Part shown: one piece after another, positions 53,207 to 63,653 of the stretch
Layout of the letters: each line of letters begins with the position of its first letter
Position numbering within the stretch: position 1 is the first letter of the stretch
Source: a virus
Virus record (IMG/VR): IMGVR_UViG_3300035499_000465
Location: 1-64,000 of that record
Strand: one strand, 5' to 3'
Length of the DNA stretch: 64,000 nt
Position numbers and translations under genes: made by a program
The notes under the pieces: generated by a model
Told to the model about the DNA's origin: nothing
Databases searched by the model: none
Seen by the model: the letters and a program-made list of their open reading frames with translations, nothing else

Positions 53207-56200
53207 ATGAGAAGAAGTTATTTTAATTGTCATTCACATACAATGTATTCTAACATTAGACTTCTTGATTGCATTAATAGACCAGAAGCCCTAATTGATA
53301 AAGCGATTGAATTAGGGCTTTCTGGCATTGCAATTACAGATCATGAATGTTTATCTGCTCATGTTTCCGCTCTGCAACATCTTGAAAAAATTCAAAATAA
53401 AGATTTTAAAGTTGCTTTAGGAAATGAAATCTATCTTGTTGATGAAAGACAAAATGGTCAGAAATATTATCATTTCATTCTTATTGCAAAAGATGAAATT
53501 GGATATAGAGCTTTAAAAGAATTAAGCTCTACAGCTTGGTATTATTCTTACTCTGATAGAGGAATGGAAAGAGTTCCAACTACAAAAGATGAATTAAGTG
53601 ATATTATCCAGCAGTATAAAGGCCATGTCATAGCAACCACAGCTTGTATTGGCGGTGAGTTATCAAGCAATGCATTATTAGCTGAGGAATCTAAAAAAGT
53701 TAATGATATTAATTCTTACAATTTCTATATGGATAAAGTTCAAGATTTTATTTTATATTGCTTAAACTTATTTGGTGATGATTTTTATATTGAGTGCGCG
53801 CCTTCAACTGCTGAAGATCAGATGACAGTCAATATGAAATTATATCAAATTGCTCAAATGTTTAGAATTAAAATGGTTGTTGGTACTGATGCTCATTATC
53901 TTACAAAAGAAGATCGAGCTGTACATAAAGGTTATCTTAATTCTAAAAATGGAGAGCGTGAAATTGATTCTTTTTATGAATTTGCGCATTTAATGGATTC
54001 AGAAGAAATTGAAGAATTATTATCTCCTTGTTTTCCATATGGCTTTGTAGATAAAATTTTAGATAATACTCTTGAAATGCAGGATAAAATTGAACAGTAT
54101 TCTCTTTTTCATAAACAGGATATTCCAAGAGTAGAAGTTAAAAAATATCCTAAAAATATTCCATGGAGTATTGATAGCGAGTCTTGTCCAAACTTAACTC
54201 GATTGGCGCACTCTGATGATGACCAAGATAGATATTGGGTAAATCAGTGTCTTGAATCTTTGGAAGAAAAAAATCTAATTACAGATGATAGATATATCAC
54301 AGAACTTGAAGAAGAAGCTAGAGTTAAAACTGTAATTAGTGAAAAACTTGAAACGAATATGTTTCGTTATCCGAATACTTTACAACATTATATTGATATG
54401 ATTTGGGATTGTGGTTCGATGGTTGGCGCAGGTCGTGGTTCTTCATGTGCCGCATTAAATCATTATCTTATGGGTATTACTCAGCTTGATCCTATTGAAT
54501 GGGATCTTCCGTTCTTTCGTTATCTTAATGATGAACGTGTGGAACTTGGTGATATTGATATTGATATATGTCCATCTAAGAGACCTTTAATTCTTCAAAG
54601 AATTAAAGAAGAAAGAAGTGCAATGCTTAAAAGGGGAATTGCGGAATGGGCTAAGAAAGCGCTTGGTTGTACTCTTATTGCAACTTTTGGAACAGAAGGA
54701 ACTAAATCTGCTGTATTAACTGCTTGTCGTGGATATAGATCTGAGGATTATCCAGATGGAATTGATATTGATGAAGCTCAGTATATGTCATCTTTAATTC
54801 CAGAAGAGCGTGGATTTTTATGGCCAATTAAAGATGTTGTTAATGGTAATCCAGAAAAAAATAGAAGACCAATTTCTGTATTTGTGCGTGAAGTAAATAA
54901 TTATCCAGGTTTATTGGATATTATTATGTCTATTGAAGGTCTTGTAAATAAGCGTTCTTCTCATGCTTCTGGAGTTATTCTTTTTGATGGTGACCCATTT
55001 GAACATAGTGCTTTTATGAAAACTCCAAAAGGAGAGGTTATTACTCAGTTTGATCTTCATAATGCTGAGTATATGGGCTTAACAAAATATGATTTTCTTG
55101 TAACTGAGGTTCAGGATAAATTAGTTCAAACAATTCAATTACTTCAGGCTGATAATTTAATTGATCCAGAGTTAAAATTACGTGAAGTATATGATAAGTA
55201 TTTTCATCCAAATGTTCTTCCTTTACAAGATCAAAAAATTTGGGATGCTCTTAGCAATGTATCTGTAATTAATACATTCCAGTTTGACTCACAAGTTGGA
55301 GCTCAAGCAGCGAAAATGATTAGACCGCAGAATGTGCTTGAAATGGCAGATGCGAATGGTCTTATGCGACTCACTGGAGAAGAAGGTGAGGAACGCCCAA
55401 TGGTAAAATACTGTAAGTATAAAAAAGATATTAGCTTATGGTATAAAGAAATGGATAATTTTGGTCTAACAAAAGAAGAGCAGAAAACTATTGAACCTTA
55501 CTTTAAACAATCATATGGAGTTCCACCAAGCCAGGAGCAGTTAATGAGAATGTTAATGGATAAAGATATTTGCGGTTTTTCTCTTGGTGAAGCAAATGCG
55601 GCTCGTAAAATTGTTGGTAAGAAGCAGATGTCAAAAATTCCAGAATTGAAAGCAAAAGTTTTATCTAAGGCGACTTCCAAAAAATTGGGAGAATATATCT
55701 GGAAATATGGCGCAGGTCCGCAGATGGGTTATTCATTCAGTGTAATCCATGCATTAGCTTATTCTTTCATCGGTGTTCAGACATTATTTATCGCAACTAA
55801 CTGGGATCCTATTTATTGGAACACAGCTTGTTTGATTGTAAATAGTGGCGCAACTGATCCAGAAAACGCAGGACAAACTGATTATGGTAAAATCGCAAAA
55901 GCTATGGGTGAAATTATTAATGCTGGTATTAATCTTAGTTTAGTAAATATTAATCATTCAGATTTTGGATTTAAGCCAGATGCAGAAAATCATAGGATTC
56001 TTTATGGCATGAAAGCTATGTTGAATGTTGGTGATGATATAATTGAAGCGACAATTAAGAATAGACCTTACGTTTCTCCTAGAGACTTTTTAAATAAAGT
56101 TCATCCCGGAAAGCAAGCAATGATTTCGCTTATTAAAGGTGGAGCTTTTGATGATATGATGGATCGTCGTCAGTGTATGGGATGGTACATCTGGGAAACA

Positions 56201-57103
56201 TGTGATAAGAAAAAGAGACTTACATTGCAGAATCTTCCTGGTTTGATTCGACATAATCTTCTTCCAGAAGATACAGATGAAAGAGTTATGGCAAGAAGAA
56301 TCTATGAATTTAATAGATACTTAAAAGCAATGTGTAGACCAAATAAAGCTATGACATATTATACACTTGATGATAGAGCCTTTAATTTCTTATCTGAAAT
56401 AGAAATGAATGACTTAATTACATGTGATGGATTAGGATATTATCTTGATGTAAAAGCATGGGATAAATATTATCAGAGTTGGATGGATGTCTTTAGAGTT
56501 TGGATTGCCGCAGATAAAGAGGCCATTTTAGATGAACTTAATTCTAAAATCTTTATGGACGATTGGCAAAAATATGCCAAAGGAACAATATCTGCATGGG
56601 AAATGGAAGCATTATGTTTTTATTATCACGAACACGAATTAGCACATGTAAATAATACTTTATATGGTTTTAGTGATTTCTTTAAACTTCCAGAAAATCC
56701 AGTAGTTGAAAGAACTTTCATTAAAGGCGGAAAGACAATCAACATCTTTAAATTGAATAAGATTTGCGGTACATGTATTGCCAAGAATAAAGCAAAGAGT
56801 ACAGTTACTCTATTAACCACTTCTGGAGTTGTAAATGTTAAGTTTAGAAAAGAATATTTTGCTTTATTTGATAAACAAATTTCAGTTAAAGGTGATGATG
56901 GAGTAAAGCATGTGGTTGAAAAATCTTGGTTTAATAGAGGTAATATGATTGTAGTAATGGGTATTCGTTCTGGAGATGATTTCATTTCTAAAAAGTATGC
57001 ATCTTCTGGTGGTCATCAGTTATATAAAATTGATGAAATATATGAAGATGGAAGAATTCTATTAAGAGATCATAGATATCAGGGTGATTTGGAAGAGGAG
57101 TAA
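53207..57103 (+). CDS. dnaE: DNA polymerase III alpha subunit (DnaE-type, N-terminal PHP domain)
   Basis: PHP motif CHSHTMYS. 1298 aa. Confidence 0.9.
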   Translation: MRRSYFNCHSHTMYSNIRLLDCINRPEALIDKAIELGLSGIAITDHECLSAHVSALQHLEKIQNKDFKVALGNEIYLVDERQNGQKYYHFILIAKDEIGYRALKELSSTAWYYSYSDRGMERVPTTKDELSDIIQQYKGHVIATTACIGGELSSNALLAEESKKVNDINSYNFYMDKVQDFILYCLNLFGDDFYIECAPSTAEDQMTVNMKLYQIAQMFRIKMVVGTDAHYLTKEDRAVHKGYLNSKNGEREIDSFYEFAHLMDSEEIEELLSPCFPYGFVDKILDNTLEMQDKIEQYSLFHKQDIPRVEVKKYPKNIPWSIDSESCPNLTRLAHSDDDQDRYWVNQCLESLEEKNLITDDRYITELEEEARVKTVISEKLETNMFRYPNTLQHYIDMIWDCGSMVGAGRGSSCAALNHYLMGITQLDPIEWDLPFFRYLNDERVELGDIDIDICPSKRPLILQRIKEERSAMLKRGIAEWAKKALGCTLIATFGTEGTKSAVLTACRGYRSEDYPDGIDIDEAQYMSSLIPEERGFLWPIKDVVNGNPEKNRRPISVFVREVNNYPGLLDIIMSIEGLVNKRSSHASGVILFDGDPFEHSAFMKTPKGEVITQFDLHNAEYMGLTKYDFLVTEVQDKLVQTIQLLQADNLIDPELKLREVYDKYFHPNVLPLQDQKIWDALSNVSVINTFQFDSQVGAQAAKMIRPQNVLEMADANGLMRLTGEEGEERPMVKYCKYKKDISLWYKEMDNFGLTKEEQKTIEPYFKQSYGVPPSQEQLMRMLMDKDICGFSLGEANAARKIVGKKQMSKIPELKAKVLSKATSKKLGEYIWKYGAGPQMGYSFSVIHALAYSFIGVQTLFIATNWDPIYWNTACLIVNSGATDPENAGQTDYGKIAKAMGEIINAGINLSLVNINHSDFGFKPDAENHRILYGMKAMLNVGDDIIEATIKNRPYVSPRDFLNKVHPGKQAMISLIKGGAFDDMMDRRQCMGWYIWETCDKKKRLTLQNLPGLIRHNLLPEDTDERVMARRIYEFNRYLKAMCRPNKAMTYYTLDDRAFNFLSEIEMNDLITCDGLGYYLDVKAWDKYYQSWMDVFRVWIAADKEAILDELNSKIFMDDWQKYAKGTISAWEMEALCFYYHEHELAHVNNTLYGFSDFFKLPENPVVERTFIKGGKTINIFKLNKICGTCIAKNKAKSTVTLLTTSGVVNVKFRKEYFALFDKQISVKGDDGVKHVVEKSWFNRGNMIVVMGIRSGDDFISKKYASSGGHQLYKIDEIYEDGRILLRDHRYQGDLEEE

Positions 57104-57125
57104 TCCTCTTCCAAAAGGAGGTATA

Positions 57126-57683
57126 ATGTATAAGATTATTGCAATAATTGGAAAAGCGGGGTCCGGTAAAGATACAATTTTGCAAAAAGTATTAGAGAAA
57201 GATTGTACTTTACATGAGATTGTTAGCTGTACTACAAGACCACCAAGAGAAGGTGAGATAGATGGTGTTAATTATTTCTTTTTAGATCCAGAAACTTTTG
57301 GAGATAAAGTTCTAAAAGGAGAAATGTTAGAAGCGACATGCTTTAATGATTGGTTCTATGGAACAGGTTTTGAATCATTAAGATCCGATATTTGGAATAT
57401 TGGAGTCTTTAATCCAGCTGGAATAGAGTCTTTACTACATAATAAAAATGTTGATGTACATGTATTTTATGTACAAGCTTCAGATAAGACAAGAATTTTG
57501 CGCCAGCTCAATAGAGAATCTGATCCAGATGTTAACGAAATAATCAGACGTTTTAGAGCTGATATGCTTGATTTTGATGGAGAGGAATTAGATTTTAATT
57601 ATAAGGATATTATAAATGAAACTGAATCTGATTTAAATTCTGGAGTTGAAAAAATTCTTAAACTTGTCCAAGAAGACGCATAA
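57126..57683 (+). CDS. P-loop nucleotide kinase (dNMP kinase-like)
   Basis: IGKAGSGKDT. RBS AAAGGAGG upstream of the ATG at 57126. Confidence 0.5.
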   Translation: MYKIIAIIGKAGSGKDTILQKVLEKDCTLHEIVSCTTRPPREGEIDGVNYFFLDPETFGDKVLKGEMLEATCFNDWFYGTGFESLRSDIWNIGVFNPAGIESLLHNKNVDVHVFYVQASDKTRILRQLNRESDPDVNEIIRRFRADMLDFDGEELDFNYKDIINETESDLNSGVEKILKLVQEDA

Positions 57684-57772
57684 AGGGCAAAATGAGATAA
57701 TAAAATAATAACAAACTCTAAATTTAGTGTAGGCCCCTATGGACTATAACTAGATTTAGACGGAGGGATTAA

Positions 57773-60013
57773 ATGTTAAATATCATAAAAAGAGATGGTA
57801 CTTCAGTACCTTTTGATAAACAAAAAATTATTAATGCAGTAAATAGTGCCATGATAGAAGTTGATGGAACTTTATATGAGACTGATACTGCTGAAGATAT
57901 TGCGGAAGATATTCAAATTGCTCTGCAAGATATGAGTAAAATAAAAAAAGATTTAGCTGCTGTAGATGTTGAAAAAATTCAAGATATGGTTGAAGATTTC
58001 TTAATGCGCTCTGAACGTAGAGATGTAGCAAAAGCTTATATTCGTTATCGTTATAAGAGAGAAGCTGCAAGAAATCATAACGATGAATTTATTAAAGCTA
58101 TTAGTGAAAAATTAACCGCAAGTAATGTTCAGAATCAAAATGCTAATGTTGATGAACATTCTTTTGGAGGTCGTATGGGTGAAGCTAATAGTGTAATGAC
58201 AAAAGACTATGCGCTAAATTTCATTGTTTCTAAAAAAGCAAGGGAGAATCACTTAAATAATGAAATCTATATACATGATCTTGATAGTTACGCTGTCGGC
58301 ATGCATAATTGCCTCTCTATTCCTTTTGATGATCTGTTGGCGAACGGATTTAATACGAGACAAACAGATGTGCGTCCCGCTAATAGCGTTAACACTGCTT
58401 TCCAGCTTGTGGCTGTTATTTTCCAGTTGCAGTCTTTACAGCAATTTGGTGGGGTTAGTGCTACTCATCTTGACTGGACTATGGTACCTTACGTAAGAAA
58501 AAGCTTTAGAAAGCATTATTTAGATGGAGTAGAATGGATAGCTGATATTTGTTTACACCAAGATATACCGGATGATACATCTATTGTAGATGATAATATT
58601 TATTGTTTAGATAGTGCATCTTATAAATATGCTATGAGTAAAACTGAAAAAGAAATTTATCAAGCTGTTGAAGGTATGTACCATAATTTAAATACTCTTC
58701 AATCACGTTCTGGCAATCAGCTTCCATTTACATCAATTAATTATGGTACTTGCTCTATTCCAGAAGGAAGAATGATCACTAAGGCTTTACTAGAAGTATC
58801 TATTGAGGGTATTGGTAAACTTCATAAAACTTCAATTTTTCCATGTGGAATTTTTCAGTGTATGAAAGGTGTTAATAGACAACCAGGAGATCCAAATTAT
58901 GACCTATTCCAATTAGCTTTAAAATCAACTGCGCAAAGACTTTATCCAAATTATGCGAATGTTGATTGGAGTGGTAATGAAGGATATGATATAAATGACC
59001 CATGTACTTATTTCTCAACAATGGGATGCAGAACAGCCAATGGTTGGGATGTTAATGGTCTGGGTCAGAAAAAAGATGGACGTGGAAATATTTGTCCTGT
59101 AACAATTATTATGCCTACATTAGCGATGGAAGCAAAGGAACATATAGACCATGATTACATGTATCCAGGATCTATTAAATATGTTGATGAATTTTTATTA
59201 CTTCTTGATAAAAAAATACATGAAGCAAAAGATATGTTGATTGAAAGATTTGATTGGATTTGTTCTCAATCTGCGGATTCTGCTAAATTTATGTATGAGA
59301 ATGGAGTAATGGCAGGATATGTTCCAGAAGAAGGAATTAGATCAGCCCTTAAGCATGGTACTTTAGCTATTGGGCAAATTGGGTTAGCTGAAACTCTCCA
59401 GATTCTTATTGGTAAAGATCATACTACAAAAGAAGGCATGGAGTTAGCTAAACAGATTGAACAATTATTTAAAACTAGATGTGCTGAATTTAAAGAAGAA
59501 TATAAATTAAACTTTGGAGTTTATTATACTCCGGCTGAGAATTTATGTTATACTTCTTTAAAGAAATTCAAAGATAAATATGGAGAAATTCCTAATGTAT
59601 CAGATAAAGAATTTTTCACAAACTCAATTCATGTTCCGGTATGGAAAAAAATGAGTCCTTTTGATAAAATTGATATTGAATCACAGCTTACTGGTTATAG
59701 TTCTGCGGGATGTATTACTTATATAGAGCTTGATTGTGGAATTAAAAATAATCTTGAAGGATTAGAACAAGTAGTTAATTATGCTATGGATCATGATATT
59801 CCATACTTTGCGGTCAATGTGCCTAATGATACTTGCCTTGATTGTGGATACTGCGATGAATTTAATGATACTTGCCCAGTTTGCGGAAGTCATCATATTC
59901 AGCAGTTACGTCGTGTAACCGGTTATTTAACTGGTAATTATACAACAGCTTTTAACCTAGGTAAGCAAGACGAAGTGCATCATAGAGTTAAGCATGGAGG
60001 TTACTTAGAATGA
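57773..60013 (+). CDS. nrdD: anaerobic ribonucleoside-triphosphate reductase
   Basis: N-terminal ATP-cone. C-terminal glycyl-radical motif RRVTGYL. CxxC...CxxC zinc ribbon. Confidence 0.9.
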   Translation: MLNIIKRDGTSVPFDKQKIINAVNSAMIEVDGTLYETDTAEDIAEDIQIALQDMSKIKKDLAAVDVEKIQDMVEDFLMRSERRDVAKAYIRYRYKREAARNHNDEFIKAISEKLTASNVQNQNANVDEHSFGGRMGEANSVMTKDYALNFIVSKKARENHLNNEIYIHDLDSYAVGMHNCLSIPFDDLLANGFNTRQTDVRPANSVNTAFQLVAVIFQLQSLQQFGGVSATHLDWTMVPYVRKSFRKHYLDGVEWIADICLHQDIPDDTSIVDDNIYCLDSASYKYAMSKTEKEIYQAVEGMYHNLNTLQSRSGNQLPFTSINYGTCSIPEGRMITKALLEVSIEGIGKLHKTSIFPCGIFQCMKGVNRQPGDPNYDLFQLALKSTAQRLYPNYANVDWSGNEGYDINDPCTYFSTMGCRTANGWDVNGLGQKKDGRGNICPVTIIMPTLAMEAKEHIDHDYMYPGSIKYVDEFLLLLDKKIHEAKDMLIERFDWICSQSADSAKFMYENGVMAGYVPEEGIRSALKHGTLAIGQIGLAETLQILIGKDHTTKEGMELAKQIEQLFKTRCAEFKEEYKLNFGVYYTPAENLCYTSLKKFKDKYGEIPNVSDKEFFTNSIHVPVWKKMSPFDKIDIESQLTGYSSAGCITYIELDCGIKNNLEGLEQVVNYAMDHDIPYFAVNVPNDTCLDCGYCDEFNDTCPVCGSHHIQQLRRVTGYLTGNYTTAFNLGKQDEVHHRVKHGGYLE

Positions 60014-60492
60014 ATTACGCAGGCATTATAAAAAATGATTTTGCCGCTGCTCCTGGAGTTTCTGTTTCATTCTTTACTCAAGGTTGTCCTCATAGATGTC
60101 CGGGGTGTCATAACCCCGAGACATGGGACTTTGATGGTGGAAAAGAATTTACTCCAGAAACAATTCAAGAGATTGTTAATGCTTTAACGGCAAATGGAAT
60201 AAAACGAAATTTATGTATTATGGGAGGAGAGCCTCTCTGTCCAGAAAATCAATTACTGACTTTACTTGTAGTTAATTCTATCAAAGAAAAATTACCAAAT
60301 GTGAAGATCTACCTATGGACAGGATACACTTTGGAAAATTTAAAAGAAAGTAATTTTCCAAAAGTAAAAAGTATTTTAGATAATATTGATGCTCTAATTG
60401 ATGGTCCTTATATTGAATCTTTAAGAGATACGACTTTATTTTTAAGAGGTTCTAGTAATCAGAACATTTATTATGCACCTTTTGACTTTTAA
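60010..60492 (+). CDS. nrdG: anaerobic RNR activating enzyme (radical SAM)
   Basis: CPHRCPGC motif. Overlaps the nrdD stop. Confidence 0.85.
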   Translation: MNYAGIIKNDFAAAPGVSVSFFTQGCPHRCPGCHNPETWDFDGGKEFTPETIQEIVNALTANGIKRNLCIMGGEPLCPENQLLTLLVVNSIKEKLPNVKIYLWTGYTLENLKESNFPKVKSILDNIDALIDGPYIESLRDTTLFLRGSSNQNIYYAPFDF

Positions 60493-60510
60493 CATATTTT
60501 TTGATATAAT
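60482..60510 (+). promoter_or_regulatory. promoter variant (TTGACT-N17-TATAAT)
   Basis: TTGACTTTTAACATATTTTTTGATATAATATATTTAAAATAAG. Overlaps the nrdG stop. Confidence 0.55.
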
Positions 60511-60539
60511 ATATTTAAAATAAGAAAGGAGTATAGTAG

Positions 60540-61046
60540 ATGGTTACTTTTCAAACTAGAAAAGAGTTAGATAATCCTCTTTTATATTTTGAGCCTGGCG
60601 AAATCGCTTGGGTCGAAGATGAAAAAGAATTTTATGTGTGGAATAAAGGCTGGAAAGCAATGAATATTAAATCTGATGGTTTAGAATTAAATCTATACGA
60701 TATGAATAAACAAATCATTTCTCAGCTACCAACATATAATCAAGAACAAATTAAAGATATGATAGATTCTATCAACAAGATGGCAGAATCTTCAGATAAT
60801 AAATATTTTATGCTTTATGGAAAAGAAATTGGTTATTTTACATTATTTTCAAAAACTGGTGATAATCTTGAATATGATAATTTAGGATTAGCAGTAATTG
60901 ATTGTTTACAAAATGTAGGAGAATTAGTCTCATTGTCTAAAAATCAAGTTGATAATGCACTTGAAATTTGGGTAAAGCAAAAAGAAAATGTAACTTGTTT
61001 ATATTTGTTTGAGTATGATAAAGGAGTTGTTACTTTCCGTGGATAA
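60540..61046 (+). CDS. hypothetical protein
   Basis: ORF after promoter 60482-60510. Confidence 0.3.
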   Translation: MVTFQTRKELDNPLLYFEPGEIAWVEDEKEFYVWNKGWKAMNIKSDGLELNLYDMNKQIISQLPTYNQEQIKDMIDSINKMAESSDNKYFMLYGKEIGYFTLFSKTGDNLEYDNLGLAVIDCLQNVGELVSLSKNQVDNALEIWVKQKENVTCLYLFEYDKGVVTFRG

Positions 61047-61296
61047 TAAACTTGTATGTACAGTAGATTATTTTGCGATAGATCAAACTATTTTTATTGT
61101 ACAAGATGATAAAGTTATAAAAACAGCTAAATCTCCATTGTGGGAATTAGTAGATAATTTAAATGATTTGAGTTATACATTAAAAATTCCTCATATTGTA
61201 CTTGAAGGAGATAAAAAATATTTAAGCGATATAGCAAAAAATCTTTATGAAACAACACAATTTTTAAATAATGAATTAATAGTAGAGGTAATTTAA
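61009..61296 (+). CDS. hypothetical protein
   Basis: ORF. Confidence 0.25.
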   Translation: MSMIKELLLSVDNKLVCTVDYFAIDQTIFIVQDDKVIKTAKSPLWELVDNLNDLSYTLKIPHIVLEGDKKYLSDIAKNLYETTQFLNNELIVEVI

Positions 61297-61298
61297 TT

Positions 61299-61547
61299 AT
61301 GGACAAATATTTAATTAACAGCGTAAATACTTATAGAGTTCCAACAGTAGAAGATGCTTTGGCGTTAAGAAAAGAACTTGAGCAGATTGATTGCGGCGAG
61401 CTTACTAGCTTTAGCTATACAACAAAATATATTAAAGCTAAAGGCGAAATTATTGAAGAATATCAGGTAGTTAAAGCAAAAATTACTTTTAATGAAGAGA
61501 AAGATCCAGAGGAACATGTTGATGTTCAGTATGGAAGTGGGTTTTAA
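61299..61547 (+). CDS. hypothetical protein
   Basis: ORF. Confidence 0.3.
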   Translation: MDKYLINSVNTYRVPTVEDALALRKELEQIDCGELTSFSYTTKYIKAKGEIIEEYQVVKAKITFNEEKDPEEHVDVQYGSGF

Positions 61548-61549
61548 TT

Positions 61550-62131
61550 ATGGCAAGATTTGAAGTAGTTAGTAAATATGCGGACGCTGATATGGACATC
61601 CAGCGTCCAGTAAGAAAAACAAAAGAAGCCGCAGGTTATGATTTTACAGTAGCTGAAGATACAGTTATTTTACCATATAAAAATTTATATGATACTTTAA
61701 GACTTGCAGATAGACTTCCTATTTATGAAGAAAAAAATAAAACTATTGATGAAGTTGCAGCATTAACCAAGAAATATAATGCAAAGCCGACTTTAGTTCC
61801 AACAGGAGTTAAATGCAAGCTTGAACCAGACACTTATCTTGAACTTAGTGTGCGCAGTTCTTCTCCTTTAAAATATTGGCTTATTTTAGCTAATGGAGTT
61901 GGCATTATTGATGGTGATTATTATAACAATAAAGATAATGAAGGAGAAATTTTCTTTCAGTTGATTAACCTTTCCCCTTATCCTATTTTATTGAAGAAAG
62001 GTGACGCGATTGGTCAAGGCATTATTAAGCCCTATTTGAAAACAGAAGATGATGTTGAAGGTGGGCTTAGAACAGGTGGATTTGGATCCACTTCATATGC
62101 AGACCAGGATGTGTTACAGCCAGCTACATGA
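61550..62131 (+). CDS. dut: dUTP diphosphatase
   Basis: Motifs AAGYDF, GIIDGDYY, RTGGFGST. Confidence 0.8.
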   Translation: MARFEVVSKYADADMDIQRPVRKTKEAAGYDFTVAEDTVILPYKNLYDTLRLADRLPIYEEKNKTIDEVAALTKKYNAKPTLVPTGVKCKLEPDTYLELSVRSSSPLKYWLILANGVGIIDGDYYNNKDNEGEIFFQLINLSPYPILLKKGDAIGQGIIKPYLKTEDDVEGGLRTGGFGSTSYADQDVLQPAT

Positions 62132-62646
62132 GATTGTTAGCTTTAGATCAAGCAAGTAAAGTTTCTGGATATGCGGTTTTTATTGATGGAAAATTAGAGA
62201 CTTTTGGAAAATTAAGTTTTAATAATGAAAGTCTTGGGGAAAGATTATTTAGAATACGCGAAGCTGTTGCTAAATTAATCGCTGACTATGGTATTGAAGA
62301 AGTTATTTTTGAAGATATTCAACTTCAATCTAATGTTGGCAATAATGTTCAGACTTTTAAAGCTTTAGCAGAGGTTTATGGAGTTATTTATGAATTGGTG
62401 ACTGAATTAGATTTACCTAATACATCTGTATTAGCTAGTTCTTGGAAATCCGCACTTGGAATAAAAGGAAGGACTCGCCAAGAGCAAAAGCGAAATGCGC
62501 AAGCTTATGTTACTAATATATATGGAATAAAAGCAACGCAAGATGAGTCAGATGCAATTTGCATTGGTTCTTATTTTCTAAATAAACAAGATAAAGTAGA
62601 TACTTTAATAAAAGAATCTTCAAAAGGATTTGATTGGTCAGATTAA
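62128..62646 (+). CDS. RuvC-like Holliday junction resolvase
   Basis: LALDQAS (Asp), VIFEDIQ (Glu), DESDAICIG (Asp-Asp). Confidence 0.7.
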   Translation: MRLLALDQASKVSGYAVFIDGKLETFGKLSFNNESLGERLFRIREAVAKLIADYGIEEVIFEDIQLQSNVGNNVQTFKALAEVYGVIYELVTELDLPNTSVLASSWKSALGIKGRTRQEQKRNAQAYVTNIYGIKATQDESDAICIGSYFLNKQDKVDTLIKESSKGFDWSD

Positions 62647-62717
62647 TTTAAAATTCGCTTTCTACTTTTTATATTCTATGAGGACATAAAAAGACTAGGA
62701 GGCGAATTTCTTTATTT

Positions 62718-63179
62718 ATGTTAGAATTTATTGTGAAATACTGGATTGAGTTTTTGTTTGGGCTTATTGTTACTGGTGGAGGAATCTTCTTAAAACGATA
62801 TGCAGAATTAGTAAAAAAAGAACAAAAAGCTCAGCAAGATGAATTCTATAGTAAACTGAAATCTGAAATATCAGATAGCTATCAACAGTCTCAATATGAC
62901 GATAAGGTTCTCCAGGGGGAAATTGATGAATTAAAAGAAGAATTAAGCTGTTTAAAAAAAGGCATTTTATCACTTCAAGGACGTCAATTTAAACAAGCGT
63001 GTATCATGTTACTTAATGAAAATCATGACATATCATTGGAAGAATACCAAGAAATTGATAATGATCATGATGCTTACAATGGGCTAGGTGGTAATCACAA
63101 TGGAGATCGTTTATTTAATTTAGTCAAAAAGAAGGCTGAAAGGACTTTAACAGTTACTACAGATGAAACTGATGAATAA
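62718..63179 (+). CDS. membrane protein with coiled coil
   Basis: N-terminal TM helix. Confidence 0.3.
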   Translation: MLEFIVKYWIEFLFGLIVTGGGIFLKRYAELVKKEQKAQQDEFYSKLKSEISDSYQQSQYDDKVLQGEIDELKEELSCLKKGILSLQGRQFKQACIMLLNENHDISLEEYQEIDNDHDAYNGLGGNHNGDRLFNLVKKKAERTLTVTTDETDE

Positions 63180-63190
63180 ACAAAAAAAAT

Positions 63191-63226
63191 GGGAAGAACT
63201 ATAAAAGTTCTTCCCTTATTTTTTTA
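63191..63226. terminator. bidirectional terminator between convergent genes
   Basis: AAAAAAAA-GGGAAGAAC-tataaaa-GTTCTTCCC-TTATTTTTTT. Confidence 0.7.
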
Positions 63227-63649
63227 TGCTAATTTAGAAGCAAGTACAGCTATTTTCTTTTGTAGCATTTGTTTTTCTTCTGGAGATGCGGTAGATGCCA
63301 TTTCCATTATATCTTTTTGAAGTTCATTAATATAACCTTCAAGATGTTGCATTGAAAGAATTGGATCATTACTCATTTTCTTAACTTTTTTATACTCGTG
63401 AAAATGTTTTTCAATAGGTCTTTCTTCTTTCATTATATGTGGCTGATAATCATCATGATATGCCATAATTTCTTCCGGCTCTGATTTTTCCATTGCTTTT
63501 ACAATGCTACAGTAATACATTGTTTCGGCAATATCCTTAATCATATCTACAACTTCACCTAATTCTTTAGTATCTGCACTCTGTGGATTTTCTAATTCCA
63601 TTTCGACTTGTTCCATAAGCATTTTTTTCATTCTTTTAAGATCTTTCAT
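63224..63649 (-). CDS. hypothetical acidic protein (- strand)
   Basis: ORF. A bidirectional terminator at 63191-63226 separates it from the + strand genes. Confidence 0.35.
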   Translation of the reverse strand: MKDLKRMKKMLMEQVEMELENPQSADTKELGEVVDMIKDIAETMYYCSIVKAMEKSEPEEIMAYHDDYQPHIMKEERPIEKHFHEYKKVKKMSNDPILSMQHLEGYINELQKDIMEMASTASPEEKQMLQKKIAVLASKLA

Positions 63650-63653
63650 TTAC

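Noticed and set aside
57084-57125. Called start of kinase ORF overlapping the Pol III alpha end
   Set aside because: The RBS AAAGGAGG precedes the ATG at 57126, and the Walker A motif begins 10 aa after it.
162-60510. Possibility that the ~21 near-identical 40-nt repeats are a CRISPR array or direct-repeat mobile element ends
   Set aside because: Spacing is irregular (0.06-5 kb). Each copy has a canonical -35/17/-10 architecture and sits upstream of an RBS-led gene right after a terminator. They are promoters.
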